This document shows, in pieces, positions 36,101-51,200 of a stretch of DNA of 64,000 nt. Below the pieces are notes generated by a model. That model was not told where the DNA came from. It saw only the letters and a program-made list of their open reading frames with translations, and did no database searches. The position numbers and the translations under genes are program-made. How positions within the stretch are numbered: the stretch's first letter is position 1; the number at the start of each line of letters is the position of its first letter. The DNA is from Camelus dromedarius (Eukaryota), in assembly GCF_036321535.1 (NCBI RefSeq), contig NC_087447.1, positions 46,192,001 to 46,256,000 on the forward strand, written 5' to 3'.

Positions 36101-38200
36101 CTCTATTTTGGGAGGTTTCAGGGCCTTTTAAAGCATCTCAAAGTTAGCTAGAGGTAAAGGAATTTCATTAGAATTTGATAGTGGAAGCTGGACCCCAAAA
36201 ATCAAAGTTTAAAACATTTGGTTAAATAGGATCATAGATCACCATGAAGCAGCACTTAATCTACTTCACCAGTGTGACAATAAAAGATTTCAAAGGCAAA
36301 CACAAAATGGATCACTTAACAGATTTTAAATTTCTTTACCTTTTATCGAAAGCAGCTCAAGAGTCTAAGAATTTTGAACAGAAAGAGAAAATCAAACTCC
36401 AATCTTGCATCAGCTTACTTTTAATAATAAAATTATTTACTTAACTTCAGTCTAAACTTAGCCAGTCCTGACCAGGCACAAAATTCTTTATCAGGGTTGC
36501 TTTTCTGCAGACCTTCCATAACTTTGTATACATAAGTTCATCCCTTATTTTTTTCATCCTGAAACAACTAGTCTACTTTCCTTCCCATAGAATGATGGAA
36601 TTCCATTCTTAACTTTTACTGAAAATATGCATCCTACTTTCCTACTTCATCCTAAAATGTTTCTTGTATTATTTCTAGAAGCTTTAATGACACATCTAAA
36701 TTAAAATTCTTCTTTCCTACTGTATACTGGAATGTTTCATTTATTTCTAAAAGCTTTATTTACACATCTAAATTACAACTTTCAACTCCTAACCTTCTAG
36801 TGAAAACCAAGAAGTAAGCCATTATGACCTGTCATTTTATATTGGTATTCTGTATACTGGCAAGTAAATACCAGTAGTTTCCTTTTCAATGTGCTTTTTT
36901 AAATTAAAATCTCAATGTGACACCAAACATTTAATAGTCCTAAATATCTTTATTTTCTCTGTAAAAGGAAGCCAGTGTTCAGTGACCACTTCGGTATCTT
37001 ATTTGGGAATGACCCAGATAGTCAATAAACTTCTATCATTTGACTTAACTTAGAAAAACTCTATAAAGTTTCAAGTTACCAAAATCTGGAAAGATTATTT
37101 TTAAGTAGATATTCCTAAAACATTATTCGTAAAGAGTTTAACTAGAAGATCTTATCTCATTTATATTTAATTTACTTATAAAAATTTCATCATACCAAGT
37201 TATTTTTCTTGCTGAAATTTGCAACAGATAAAAGATCTTACTGAACTACTAAAAGCTAGATAAAACTAAAGTGTTAATGTTGATGACTCTAAAAACATAG
37301 CTACATCAATCAAATCAACAAACTAATTTTCATGCCAGGTATTAATGCTAAATATTTCCCACTTCACATGAACCTGAAATGCACGTGGGTTAGATACTTC
37401 TATATTTCTGAGTTGATCGAAGAGCTTATTTTCCTTTCAGCCAGTTAAGTAGAGCTCACTTACAAACTAATGTTGATAACACCATCCTAAGGTAAAGGCA
37501 TGTATTTGTAATGCACACATAGACATGTAAACAGACACGAGAAATCTTTTGGCTTCAGCTTAAAACTTAATCCTGAATCAGGCATTACAATATAAAACTC
37601 ACTAGTTTATAAATAAAAGTTGGAATAAGTTGAGCTTAAGAACCCTCCCCCCCAACCCTTTCTCCTCACTCTCAGGAATAAGATGGCCTGGATGAGTCTG
37701 AGAGCCCTGCTAGAACATTCTCAAGGCACAGGGAGTGGAAATCAAGTTTTAGAACTTATTCTCCCAGGATCAGAATTCTTAAAAGAGGTTTTTATCAAGC
37801 CAGCTTTCTTTAACAATTGTGTACCCAAGAAAATAGCCCTTCTGGGCCATTTCCAGGGCAAGATTTTCCTTTTAATTCTCTAACTACTTCGAAGCATAAG
37901 TTTTGTATGTCTGTAACCTTAGCTGGGGTGTTTGTCAGAGGCTGGCTTTTTGACACCCCATGTTTCGCTGTCTGTGAGGCTCTATTTCCCATTTTAAAGT
38001 TGAATTTTTCAGGGATAGAACTTACTAATAAAATCATGTCGTGGCCAGTGTGCTTGCTGCTTGTGAGCTAAACTCCTCTAGGTGTCACCCTAGTAATTTC
38101 AGCTCTTAAGTGTCTGTTTCTCCTTTTGGTCTAAGACCACTGTGTGCACTTGGATCACTGAGTGGCCAGTTCTCATATGGGGTCCCCAGGTGAACATATC
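33190..38200 (-). mobile_element. ERV1 (MER4/MER41-group-like) remnant: 3' LTR at about 33190-33655 plus a long degenerate internal region
   Basis: MER41-type LTR text (ggactttagtgtttttctaggtatgagaagat, gacctgttctgccag) followed by AT-rich MER4-group internal sequence; no intact ORF. Confidence 0.6.
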
Positions 38201-38642
38201 TTTTAATGAGTGAGTTTCCCTGTGGAACCACAGCACTCCATGAGGACTCTGCCTCCACCACTCCCATAAATTTCTATTACTTAAGAAAGCCATAACTGAC
38301 CAGGTGGAGACTTGTCCCTCTTCTTCAAAGCAAAGCTCTCATGTAATATCTTCATTCTTATCCCAACAACTTCTGCTAATGTGTATAAATTGAGGAAAAG
38401 CATTAGACCAGCCTCCTACCTACCCACTCAGCCCAAACTGCTCACTGTCTTTCACCCGAGCAAATCCCAGTGTCTTAGAACAGAGAGGACAACTTTGCCA
38501 GTGACTTTGAACTACGCGGGCACGTCTGTCAGTGTCTGTAAACTTGGCAACCAGGTACATACAACACCCTGCCAAATAAAACTCATGTTCCTAAGCCAAA
38601 AATCAGGAGATGGAAGAACCAGGAAATACACACCCAAATTCA

Positions 38643-41600
38643 CCTTGACCAGAATTCTGGACTCCTGCCTTTTCCTCACTACCTATATTCTTAGACCTTC
38701 TATCCTTAGGCTCAATTACTAACCTTGGTTATCAGGAAAGATTGTCTCCTTATTAGCAAACCATATTTGATTTCAAAACATGGGATCATAGCTCACTTGG
38801 GTGAAAGTTCAGTGTCTAAACTTCTAAAGAAAGTAATTTGCTAGTTGACTTAGAATTGTTCATAAACACATCATTGGCACCACCTGACACCCAGGGTCAC
38901 CACTGTTCTATTTGTGTAAAAAGAAAACCAACGCCACTTCTCTGGGGAATTTAAAACTTTGTCAGTTTTGATGTGGCCGGTGTTGAACATGACATGAAGC
39001 ATGCATGATGACCACTAGATGTCTAGACTTAAACATGTGGGAGGTAATTACTTAAGGTCTGTAACTTTTAAAATAGATGACAGCTGGACCATAATCATTT
39101 TCAGTAGTCAAATACATTACATTGGAAGCCAGGAGATAAAATATCAAAGAGTAATTTCTAACAGCACACGTCCTTATCTGAACCCCAGACATCCCAAGTT
39201 AGGCACCACCACCATTTTTTTCCTACTGTGATCCTTCTGCGTAGGTATAGAGCACCTGATAGGAAATGACACCAACTGGAGCTGAATTTTGCATGTTCTC
39301 AGCCTCTTGCTCAGGGCATGTGAAAGTGTAAAGGCCCAATCTCAAAGCCAATTTTGCCAATTGGAAGAAATGAGATACTTCCTTCTCAGTGCATTTATAA
39401 TGTTAGTGAACTTGATTTTCATAGTTGAAAGCAAAGCCTTTCATAGCAAAACAAATACCTAAAGATCACAATGAAAGCATGCATCAGACTATAAACTGGA
39501 GAGGACAGCCCTGTTTTAGTGTTATTTTTAGAAACATGAGAGCTTAGACACTAGAACTAGACAATGTAAGTCTGAGGCTCCCAGAGGTGTTTATGACCTC
39601 ATGAAAATTAAAAGAAATCATTCAAGTCAGAAGATCCCTAGTGAAAGAATCTGAATATTGGGGATTAAGTTAAAGTGCTAATTTGGTATTTAAACAGGCA
39701 ACATATTTTCTGATAGAATGAGTTTCTGTGAAGTTAAAGCCATCCAAAGACCACTCTGTTTCTGATCATAACTACAGAGTTTGGGATCCATAAAACCACT
39801 GTCACTTCTGAAGAGATCTCCCAGACCACCCTCAGATTTGGTAATTCTCTGAAAGGACTCAGAACTCACTGAAAGCTGTTATACTTGTGGGCACGCTGTA
39901 TTACAGTTAAAAAAAAATACAGTTGAAAGTCAGCATAGGCAGAATCCAGAAAGGTGCTCTGCACGGACCTTCCGGTTTCTTCCCAGTGGAGTCACAGAAG
40001 CACAGACTCTGCTGGCAACAACATGTGACCATTCATGGAATATTTTCCATCCAGGGAGTCACCTGAGCCCTGTGTCCAGAGACTTGACTGGGGCTTGGTC
40101 ACATAGACTAGGCTGACTGCCCATGTGGCTGACTTGTCTCCTGCCCCTCCAGAGGTCGAGTGAATACTCTGTGGCCACCACACTAAACCACACTGTTGGA
40201 CTATCTGGTGGGGCCCAAACCCCAAGATAGACACTTACTATGCATTGCATTCTAAGAACTTAGAGATCACTTCCCAGGAAACCAGAGAAAAGGACTCAAT
40301 TTGAGTGAAGTCAATTCTTCACTTACTTTAAAACTCCCTAAAGTGAGAGCTTTTGAACTATTAAGAACTAAGAATTAGCCATGAAATCCCACAGTTAAGG
40401 ATTCTCAGTTTAATTTTAAGTAGATCTGAAACCCAACTATTTCTTTAAAAAAAATAATACTTGTATTATATCAAAATGCAATGTTTTGCTTTCATTAAGC
40501 CAATAAAAGAATGTTACTCTGATAGCTGCAAAAAAACAAAAACAAAAACAAAAACAAAAAAAAACAGCTAACTCCTGGAAAAAAATCTCACTTTCTACTG
40601 AAATACATTTTAAGGTAGCTGAAAAACATACCTGAAAATACAATGACTACTTTCTCAAAGCAACCTATTTCTACCTCTGAGCTGTGTAAGTATGTATAAA
40701 GGTTATAACTGAAGCACTCTTCTTAGTAACATTTTTGATAGATCACCAAAAACTGGACCAGCTGAACAAAACTTACCTGTGGTACCTACTGAAAGTGGAT
40801 TTTCCTCAACCCCATCCAAGACTCACTGAAGCAATGTCAGTGGGGCTCAAATATTACCTTGAAGTTTCCTGAGTAACTGTACACAGTCAAGTCTGGGATC
40901 TGTTCCGCATGGAAATGAAGTTATACACATTAATTTCTTCCAAGTAGCTACATGACCACACTAAGCAAAACAGAGGCTACACCTTACCAGTTAACTTGGT
41001 ATTTTCGGTTTTCATTATTTAGACTTTCTTCTGAACAAATGTTTTACTTTTAAAAAGTGATACTTACCCACATCCTATGTAATGAACTCTGTATCAATAC
41101 CAAAAAACTCTTGTAAATAACGCAACTATGTAAAAGTTTCTTATTGAACCTGCAAGTCTTTTAAGACTAATTTCTAGTCTTCTGACAAGAAAAAAATTGA
41201 GTGCTCCTTTTTATTTAGATGTGACTCGTGGCATATCACAAACTTACCTTCCTAGAAATAGTACTTCCCATTTCTTTAAGTTTCTATGGCTTTGTCTTTA
41301 ATTCTAGGATAGTTTTTGGTGTATAATTAGGCACTGACTCTCTAGCCTCACAGCCACCTGCTAAAATAGCAATAGGATTTGCCTACTTTTAAAAATGCTA
41401 AACATGAAGACGCCACCGTATGTACTAGTGCGATGTGAGCTGAAAATTGACTCAGGTACAGACGAATTTCAGGACTACACCTCCAAATGTAGATTGTCTG
41501 GTAAACTAAACAGTTTTATCTTTGCCTATCTGGAATATAAAAATGTCCTTTTGGTTACTTTTGTCGAACTGGTTAATACCTGCATGTGAACTATGAAAGT

Positions 41601-44600
41601 TTACTGAATCTGAAAGACTTTCTATTCTCAATACTGAACACTGCTAAATGCCAGTTCTTTGACTAGCTATCTGCTTTGGTCCGCCATACAAATTACACAC
41701 AGTACGGACCTGGAGCTCTCATACATGAATATGCTATGTGTGTTCCTTGGGAGCAAAGGTAATATATTTCACATGAGTTTTGAGCCCTTGTGGGGAGGCA
41801 TTTTGTTCACACTTTCCCAATATCTAGGAAATCTTGAGGCAACTATACATACAGATCTCTAGGAGAAAAATGTTGCATCTCAGTTTGCATTTCAATTTGT
41901 CATTCTCTGTAGCTTCAAACATCTAGACTGTAAAATTAGGATGGGAATCAGGTTTCTAAGAACCAGAAATGATCTCTAATGTAACATGGCCCTACTCTAT
42001 ATACTGTATTCTGAATACAGAAAATGGGGGCTGGAAGTCAGTGATCAAATTCAAATCACAAATTTGTTCTGATGAATAACATCCTGAATATTACAAACTG
42101 TCAACATTCATAGCTCTTGGCAAAGGATGTTTGCTTACTTCTGTGAGAGAAACAGTGTGATTTTTTAACAAGTGATCCAGTTACCACACCATCTCCCAGA
42201 ATTTTTTGCAATCTATTATGAATAAAATGGACTATTGTGGACGATGGGATCAGAGGACCTCCTAATGTCATATAAGATCAATTGTCATTGAGAAATAAGC
42301 CTCATTCCAAGCTGGGAAAGATTTCCTAAAATTAAACTCATGGATAGACTGAGACACTTTCTGGATGAACTGAATCCTGGGGCTTTGTAGTGTCTAGCTG
42401 ACGGCTTGACTCAGCATCCTAACTAGTTTTAAGGAAATAGAACTTAACCTCCTGACAAAAGAGAACCTCTCCAAAAAGGTACAAGAGAAGTTTTGAATAA
42501 ACACTTAGCATGTGAGGCATACCACAAGCAACTAGCTAAAGAGATCAGAAAGACAGGAATTTTGTCCATTTATATAGCCAAGCTGATATATCCCATTACA
42601 GGCATGCTATCAAGATAGATGACTAAGGACTGAATAGTACCATTAGTCAGGCATAGTTATCCTTAATTCACCTGGTAATTGGGGTAGTCACCTATATTTA
42701 ATGGCCTTTATCCAAAGAAAACATTTCTCACATTTTTATGAGATTAGCAGCTTCGAGCCAAGTGTTGGCTGAAGTTAGGATGCTACCCACCTCCCACAGA
42801 AACTTGGAGATAGACAAGTAGAACTCAATTTTAGATGGCTTAGAAAACAGGGGAGAGCAGGAGATGAGATATCTATGAAAAAAGATGTGGTACTCCCAAG
42901 TTGATAGTCTACACAAGACTTAATCTGTTTTTGCAGCAGCTCAAATGAATTGAGTCTGACATAAAGAGCACAAAATCCATGTTTTTCTTTATCTAAAAGT
43001 ACATACTGAATTAGAACTTAGTCATTTTCTACTTTAAAACAGTGTTCTGTGTAATCCCTTTCTTCACACAATCTATGTGAAGACTATCTGTGTTCCTGTT
43101 GTTCATTTTGACTTCTCTGACATTTCATTGTATAAGTATATATTTTAGTTTGCACGTATTATTGGTGAGTGAGAACATAAACTTGCCCTGCTGTAGAACA
43201 CTTATGGTAGTCAGATGTATTCGAATTAAATAGAAAAAGACAGGGGTATTCCTTGCAAGTTTCAAAGAGACAAATTGAGCGTACACACAGTGAGACAGCA
43301 GGAGCCTGGTGTCTGGGAAGGGAACCATGCCTCTGAGGGAGTCTTAACTCTCTTCCTGTGGCATCCATGTTATTTATCCTCGTATTTGAAGTGGACATTC
43401 TTTATCTTAATGGTTGAAACAGATGTGCTGTGTGTTTGATAGGCCACGAATTAGGTTGTTCTAGTTTGTACAAAGTTCATGCTGAACCAAGTATAAGCCA
43501 AAACGAGCTCCACGTACCTCAATATGTGACCATGTTTCCATCAGGTTTATAGTCACAAGAGGTATTAGCTTTCCCCAGAGGACAGACTTGTGAACACAAA
43601 TTTAAGATTTTTCAGTGGGAGTTACCATAATTGCATTAGAATGGCCCTCTGAGGCCCAGGGACCAACATGAAATTAGATGTGTCAGAGGTTTACTGAGGG
43701 GAAACGAAGGAAGATAGTGAAGGGATCCTGAGCTGGAAGAGCCATGAAATGACAACACAGATCTGACCTGAGAGGGAGGGAGGAAAGTGAAGGAACATTT
43801 TAAGGTTCTGTGCATTTCTAAGAACACTTTGACAAGGTTGCAGGTAGCTCTTGAGCAAAAAAAAAAAAAAACCCCAAACCCCATGAGGACTCCAGTATCT
43901 CACGAGAATAGACCTGCCTTAGTAGCGCTGTGCTCATCCCTTGGTTGGAAGCAGCCTGTAAGTGGAGCTTAGGCAACACCCTGAACTTCAGAGCACAACG
44001 ACTGAGGCTGTCAGTCAAATATGCTCTCTGCAGACTAATCTGAGAGGCATAGTTTTTATGGCCACCACATCCATTCTTGCATTGCACAGATCTCCTGCAA
44101 ACAGATTTTAGGAGCAGATCCTCCATAGTTCCCCCATGGGCCTCACTTGATAGGGACAAAATTCAAAAAAGGAAGGTATAAATTCTACAGACCCAGTCTC
44201 TGAAACTCATCTTAGAGCCATGACTGTTACACCTCCTCTCCTTCTCTTTGGGATTGTCTTCACTGTCAGATATCCCCACTGTAAATCTTGGTGGCTTGCC
44301 CATGGAGTGACCCAAACCTTCATTCTTGATGGGGGCTGAAACAATAATCATACTCAAGATTATTGCACAGGTACACTCATGGTTACAATGAAATAAGGGA
44401 ATAACTAAATATGCCCAAGTAGATCATCTTACTTCTGCGGATATTTACAAATTCTTCGCTATGTCCATTGTATAAAAGGAGATCTATATCTTCAATATGA
44501 ATTCATTTATTTCTGCCAGTATGGTAAATCTTCTCACCTGTTTTCTCCTGGTCATAGGAGTCTGCCTGATGGTAGTTGTATCTTGTGACTCTGTGGGATC

Positions 44601-47600
44601 CTTGCTGTGTCCCTTGGCAAGAGTGAGCCTGATCTGAGGATCAGGACTTGCAGTCATGGAGGACCAAGATTTGCTGAGACAGGAAGCAAAAATCTGCTAG
44701 TGGATTATAGGGAGTGATATATGAAATACTGCTACTTCTACCCCTTTAATCCTGGGTTACCACATTCTTCCTATGTGGGGTAGGGGGACTCAGCATTATA
44801 TAGAGATCTGGTTCAGTTCGTAGATGCATCCTATATCATGGCACTCCACTTCTGTGAAGTGCTGCCTTTTACACTGCTTTTTAAGCTATGTTTTTACAAG
44901 ACTACCCTGGCATTCTGTGGGGCCAATAGCCTCTGGTTGGAGAGGTAATGTAATACTACCAGTAGATCCCATGGTCATGAACCCTCTCCTGCACACCCTT
45001 CCTTGAAGAATGTCTGTTCTCTCAGTACTATGTCATGTGGGATGTCCTGCCTGTTAATCAGGCATTCAGGAAGCCCTCAAAGAGAAGTGCTGGCCAAGGC
45101 TCCGTGGGCAAGAAAGGCAAATCGACACCCAGAATAAGTATGTATCATTGCAGGACAGACCACTGTACTTTCTAGGATAGAAGACACCCAGAGCAGTTGA
45201 GTTGCCACAACTCAACTCCTTGAAAAACTGAGTGCACCGTCTGGGTTTTGCATTGACCTCTGGTGCTGACAGGCGTTCAGAGGCAGCAGTAGCTAGTCAG
45301 CCTTGGTCAGTGGGCATCTACACGGCTGGTCCACACTTAGTCTCCTTTGCTGCTACTCTTGCCAGCATATAAGACCCCAGTAGGAGTGACGCTTGTACTG
45401 TAGTGTGGATCTGAAACACTCCTTTCCCACACCAGGCCCACTCAAAGCAAGCCTTCCATGTCTTTCGGTATACGGACTAAAGCAGGATTCCTAAGTGAGG
45501 AATACATTCTCTTCAGAACGCAAGGTTGCCCACCATGCAGTGTGCTTTCTTTCTGTTAGAAGTTGCAAGATGAAGATCTTTTACTTTGGAAACATGTCTT
45601 GACCATTGAACCCCTAAATTCACGTAAGTTCTAGGTTCCTGAATATTCTAGGATAGTCTCCTACCCTCTAGAGCATGTGTGTCTTACTAGGTCCTCTAGT
45701 GTACTTAACACCTAGGGCTCATTTTTCCCAATCAACATGATGCCATAGGCAGGCCATTGTGGTGCTCTGTGGGATGCCCAGTCACCTCTCAGAACTACAT
45801 TATGGCACAGAACGCAAAGTTAACATGCCCCTGAGGCAAACTGTACGTGACAAGTATTGCTCATCCCCTGTTAATGGAAACTGTTCCTTATTTTCTCTTA
45901 CAACTAGAATGTAAAACAATACCTTTGCCAAATTCTCTTCAATGCACTTGGCAAACAATTTCTACTCTTGGTGGAGAGAAGTTTTAAAGGTTATTTGGCC
46001 TTCCTTGTACTGACTCTTCCCTCACAGGCCAGGGACACCACATGGTAGTTACTCCAACTACCAAGTTTACTCATTCTAGTTATGAATTGAGTGACTGAGA
46101 ACTGACTTCTCCAGGACTCCATTTACTAACTGGACTCCACCTAGCCTAGAGCTGTTGCTCTAACAGAGGGACCCATGACTGCTTTTTATTTCTGGGTATC
46201 AATTACAACTCAAACTCTGTTGGATACCTTTTGATGTCTTGGTATTCTCCTTTTTCTAGTATAAAATCGCCTGAGTAAATGGCCATAGTCACCTTTAAGG
46301 AAGATTTCAGGAAATCGTTATGGTATATAATCATGGCTTCTCATAGATCTTCCACTTAGAGATCTAGGCACCACTTTAGTTAATGAGCTCTAGGTCCGAA
46401 AGTTGGCACAGGTGTGGGAACTGAGCAACAGACTCACCTTACGGAAGTGACCATCCTAGCCTCCTAATCTCCATTCTTGCCTTGTTCTTATGAGTGGTAA
46501 GCAGGGCCTTGCTGGCTGCCCATCTCTTTTGGCCCTTGGCTCACAGGGAATTGTAAAGATGGTTAATAGGGTATTGTGTCCCAAGCCCCCTTAATTTTGC
46601 CAGTTTTTAGAGTAACTTCAGCCTTCTAACTTGTAGTAAAGTACTTCCACTCAGCCTTTACTGTGACCCCCACAGCTGTAACTACCCTCACTTTCATCAG
46701 CCGTGGTATGCAGAGGAGAGGAAGCCACCGCTGAACTTCTCAGTGGCGCTGGTGCCCATGTCACTAGGCTTTTTATGTTGACTTTGAGGGTGGTGTCCTC
46801 TGTTTCCTTCCATTGAAGATAATTCTGTGGTCTTCTGCCCTTACATGATATGTCTATGACAACATGACCATTCCCACTTTCTTCTTCCGCCTTCTTCCAG
46901 GGCAACATAAATATTTTCACTTTGCTGAGCATTAGCCATGATTGTTTTTCGGGCTGAGAAGAGCCACATGAGCTGTTAGTTTGTGTTAACGCGGGTCTTT
47001 GCAAACGTAATAAATCTCACATCCCAAGAATGTGTCCCCAGGCTGAATTTTTCCATCTAGTCTTACATTCCATTATATCCCCCTTATTCAAATACCTTCA
47101 AAATCCAATCTAAAGGGCACCTTTGTCTCCTGTCAGTGTGTGCTAATTCTGAGAACTCTCCTGCTGTACAGTTACTTTCCTCCCTTATCAGACCCTGCCT
47201 GCCCCCAGCAAGGGTATGCTGTCTTCTAACCGTAGTTATCAGCCTGGCAGCCCCAAAAGAGGAAGTGAGAGCAGCTCCTCAGGACACCTGTTGCCTCATA
47301 AAAGTGGTAACTCTTACTAAGGAAAAGTGGGTCACCTCTGAAAGCCCAAAGGATTTATGGTAACTACAGTGCCAATAGCCTTAAGGGCAACCATGCAGAT
47401 GTCCCCATGCCATGTCTTAAGTGTCCCAGGTTTCCCCAAATAAAGCCCAGATCTTTGGATGCTCAGCCCTAAAAGCCTGATATTCTAACATCTCCTGTGC
47501 TCTGTGCCTGTGACAATTGTCTTCAGCCTGCTGTTCAGACTGAGTGTGTCATTGCAAGACATTAGGGCCCTTTTGTCTGTTACCCAACACTCTGGCTCTC

Positions 47601-47630
47601 ACTAAACTACTTTACTGTTTTAATAGCCCT
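38643..47630 (+). repeat. Segmental duplication copy B
   Basis: Shared strings with copy A include catgatgaccactagatgtctag, gtgctaatttggtatttaaacaggcaacatatt and aacaagtgatccagttaccacacca. Confidence 0.92.
43680..47630 (-). mobile_element. MLT1-like LTR plus MaLR/ERVL internal remnant
   Basis: LTR-like 43680-44060 followed by degenerate pol-like and gag-like tracts. Confidence 0.55.
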
Positions 47631-48250
47631 CAAACTTTATTTAAACCTTTATTTAAAAAATAGTCTACTGTTAGTTTCCATGAGCCCTTTACCTTTTTCA
47701 CAAACCACACAGAACTACTGTACAGAGAATTTGTAGGTAACAGTACTCCAACTTCCAGCATGCAGTTAAAATGCTTATCTCTTCTTGTCACTAGGTTTTC
47801 TACATTGGTTTAAGTTAACCACCTGTATGGGTTTGGGCTATTTTACTGTTTCCCATTTAGCATGTCCGGTTAAAACTGGCCTGAGAATAGATTCTCCTGG
47901 CTTCTGTTTACTATGTTAGGTAGGGAAGCAATCCCCAGCTGGCCATACTATCCATACCAGTGACTCAGGTAAAGCAGATGTGACTACCTCAAAGCCTACA
48001 CAAAATCCCAGCTCTCATCTAAACATTCACCTTAATCCCATCAACAGTTGTATCTCCAAATCTTCCCAATCTAACCTTAGCCCTGGTTAAGACTTCACCA
48101 CAGATTTCAGAATCACAGTGCCCTGGGCTCCTGTGTCAAGACTCCCAGAAGTGCTGCTTCTTCCCCTGCATCACCATTTTACCCGCACATGTGCTAAGGA
48201 CCTTGGGTCCCTGGCTGGGGTGGGACCAGAAGACACGGGCCCCTGTCATC

Positions 48251-51200
48251 AATTTACCAAATTGAACTCTTGTTTGCTGCACGCTGGGTAAGCAAATGCA
48301 ACCTACTGGCACCAGGTTGTGTTTAAAAAACGAAAAACAAAACAACGACCAAAAAAAAACTACAGTGTATTTGCAGGGTGTTAAGCAAGGAGAATAGGCA
48401 GCTAATGCTCAAAAGGATCCAGGCTCCCCAGTGGCTTTCAGGCAAGGGTTTTTACAGACTAGAATTAAGGGTAAGTGTCTTAAGTGCATGATCAGCCTGT
48501 GAGTCCTTCTGATTGGTTGGATCTTAAGCAGCAAAGATTTCTGGCATCTTGGTCATCACTCTTCTGGTTTCAAATTGTCTGGGTCTCTGGGGCTGTGGCC
48601 AGCACTTTCCATCCCATGGGGTCCTGGTTTCTCTAAAACCACTAAAGGATATGTGCCAGGTTGTTACCTGTCCCCCTTGGGGAGAAACTAGGAGTCCTGT
48701 GACTTTTATGGCTGAACTGTTGTTCGAGTTTTTTCTCAGTTGGCTGATTTTTCCACTGTTCTGCGTTTTCTCACTTCTCCAATTATTAACTTCTGGAGTC
48801 TGCTCTTTGGAACTCGGAAGGCCTAGGAGACTAAAGCTTTTTCTACAGGTAAGCAGGCAACATGGAGGGGCTTATACCCAGGAAGGCCTCACAGGGTTCT
48901 GCTTGGTTTCAGTCCACATTTTCCTTTGATACTCCTCAGTCCTGCGGGGCACAGGGATGACACAGCTCTGGCTATGTCCTGCTGAATGGGGATGGTGTTA
49001 ACTTGCCAGGATTAGAGGAGAGAAAGGATTTCATTTCAAAGAGTTCCTGAGTCCCAGACCTAACACCAGTATTTTGTATTATAAAAACACTCACTCCCTC
49101 TGCTTTGTCATAAAACCTGGATAAACACTTGAGAATTAACAGACGCATTACAATGAGAATGGTGATCAAAATGCAGCCTTGAAGCAATGCCCAAAGAAGT
49201 CCTATCCCCGATGGCAACCAGGAAAATAAGTCCAGGAGCAAGTCTTCTTTACATGCATCCTGTAACCAAGCAGCCTTTTGACTTATTTATTCAAGTTTCA
49301 ACTTCTCCAGAGGTATTTATATACGTGCAGCACGTGGTGTGAGCCACTGCACATACTCCTCATTTTGCCAATAAGGAGTTAAGGGCTATTCTCTTATCAA
49401 GGAACACTCAGACCAAGGAGTCCAAAGACGTTATTGGGCCACGACACTTTTAGCCATGTCCTCAGAGTTTGTCCAGTTGTGGCAAAGTTATGAATCATCT
49501 CTGTATTGACATGAACTCCAGCACTTGGTCTGAAGATGGCAATACTTCCTCATATTGTGTTCATACAATACCAATCTCTCTCTTTAAAGGTGGGGGTTTG
49601 CTTAGAGAGGGAAGTGCGGTTCCCTGGGCTGTGCAGGAGAAGAGGGGTTATACAGTGTCCCAGCAGGCATGACCCTTCAATTTGCCAGCTACCTAAGCAG
49701 TCATGTGCCCATCCTCATGCTGGCGAGTCACTCCCTGTACCACAAAGATATAAGCTGGAGGGGTGCAGGTTATACCTCCCAGGATAGTATCACTTCTGGG
49801 GAAGTTCATAAATTCTTTTGGGGTACTTTTTGGAGAGCTCAGAATTCATCAAGCCAGGGGCAAGAGACGTTGCAAGCCTTCCATAGTTTATTTACATGAT
49901 GTCCAACTTGCTTGGCTCTCTGGCATAAAGTGACGTTATTTTTAGCCCTTACCCATCTGTCAGTTGTACATTGCAGGGGATGTGGGGGCATCACATTTTC
50001 TCACAAGAAATGCAAGGGACTGCGGAGGCCCAGGAGTAACTTCCCCTGAGATGGATACTACCTCAGACAGGTTGAAGCAAGGGACTGGGATATGCTGAGG
50101 TCCCCTGACTATCTGAATTAGGAATGTGAGGTTTGAAGGAAAAAGATTATAGGAGGTCATGATACTGCTGCAGTATCAAAATGAATTGTTAGGACCACTG
50201 ATGGGAGATTTTGTTGATAATAAGTTTGGGGGATCATATGACATATCCAACAACCACTTAAATTTCCACATCTGGCTATGCTCTGAGACAACATAGTTAT
50301 GAGTATTTTCATTCCAGGAAGCAGCAGACACCAGTGAGATGAGACAGTAAAGAAAAACAAGAGCCATTGTTTCACTCAGGGCCAGAAGCTTAAATGAAAA
50401 AACAATGGTGACTCTAAATTTTGGAACTAACCCCATTATTACAAAGGTTAAATTACTGCCAGGGTTAAGTGTCTCCTATCAATATCATGACAAGTAACAA
50501 TGACTACCATACCATCAGATAAACGATTAACTAGAAGAAAGCTAAGGATATAAACAACTATCAGAAAAATGCTATTATGAATGGCTGTGAGTCATTCATT
50601 ACTTATCTAAGATACTTGAATTTTAACTACAGCCCCCAGTACAGACTCGAAGAGCAGTACTGATTTTCAGCTAATGTTGCAGATGTTTTTTTTATAACTG
50701 TGGAAGACTGTAGATTTGTAGTTGGGTCGGGAGCCAGCTTCACTCATGTGATGGGCCCACAGCTTGACTCCTGCCAATTTAACCCAAGAGTGAGTTACTA
50801 ACAGATACTGGTAAGGCCCCACCCACCAGGTCTGGAGTTGGTTCTCCAGATGTGCATTCTTCCAAGTTTTTAGGAGCACCCAGTCTCCAGGTCTAAATTT
50901 TTGGAGGGAAACATTTGTGGAACAGTTATATTACTAGTAATTTTATGAATAACCTTTCAAACTAATCAGAATGTTTGTACTTAGTGTCTAGTACTTTTAC
51001 TTTTTAATTAAATGTCCACCTAACTACCCAGAGTAGAGGATAAACTGCCTATATAATATTTTATAAAGACTCAATTAGAGCCTGCTTCTAGGGCACTGCA
51101 ACCAACAATGCTCTATCCCAGGTTAAATGAGTTTCTTGATAGATTTTGGCCACACTCCTTAAGGTATGATTCATCTTTTCCATATTTCCAGTTGATGAAG

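Noticed and set aside
42791..42853. Peptide LPQKLGDRQVELNFRWLRKQG resembling the small-ORF module
   Set aside because: No in-frame ATG, an upstream stop and little nucleotide similarity; likely chance, though worth including in a profile scan.
48972..50367. Possible syncytin-like co-opted env
   Set aside because: A stop codon in the immunosuppressive domain and multiple frameshifts.
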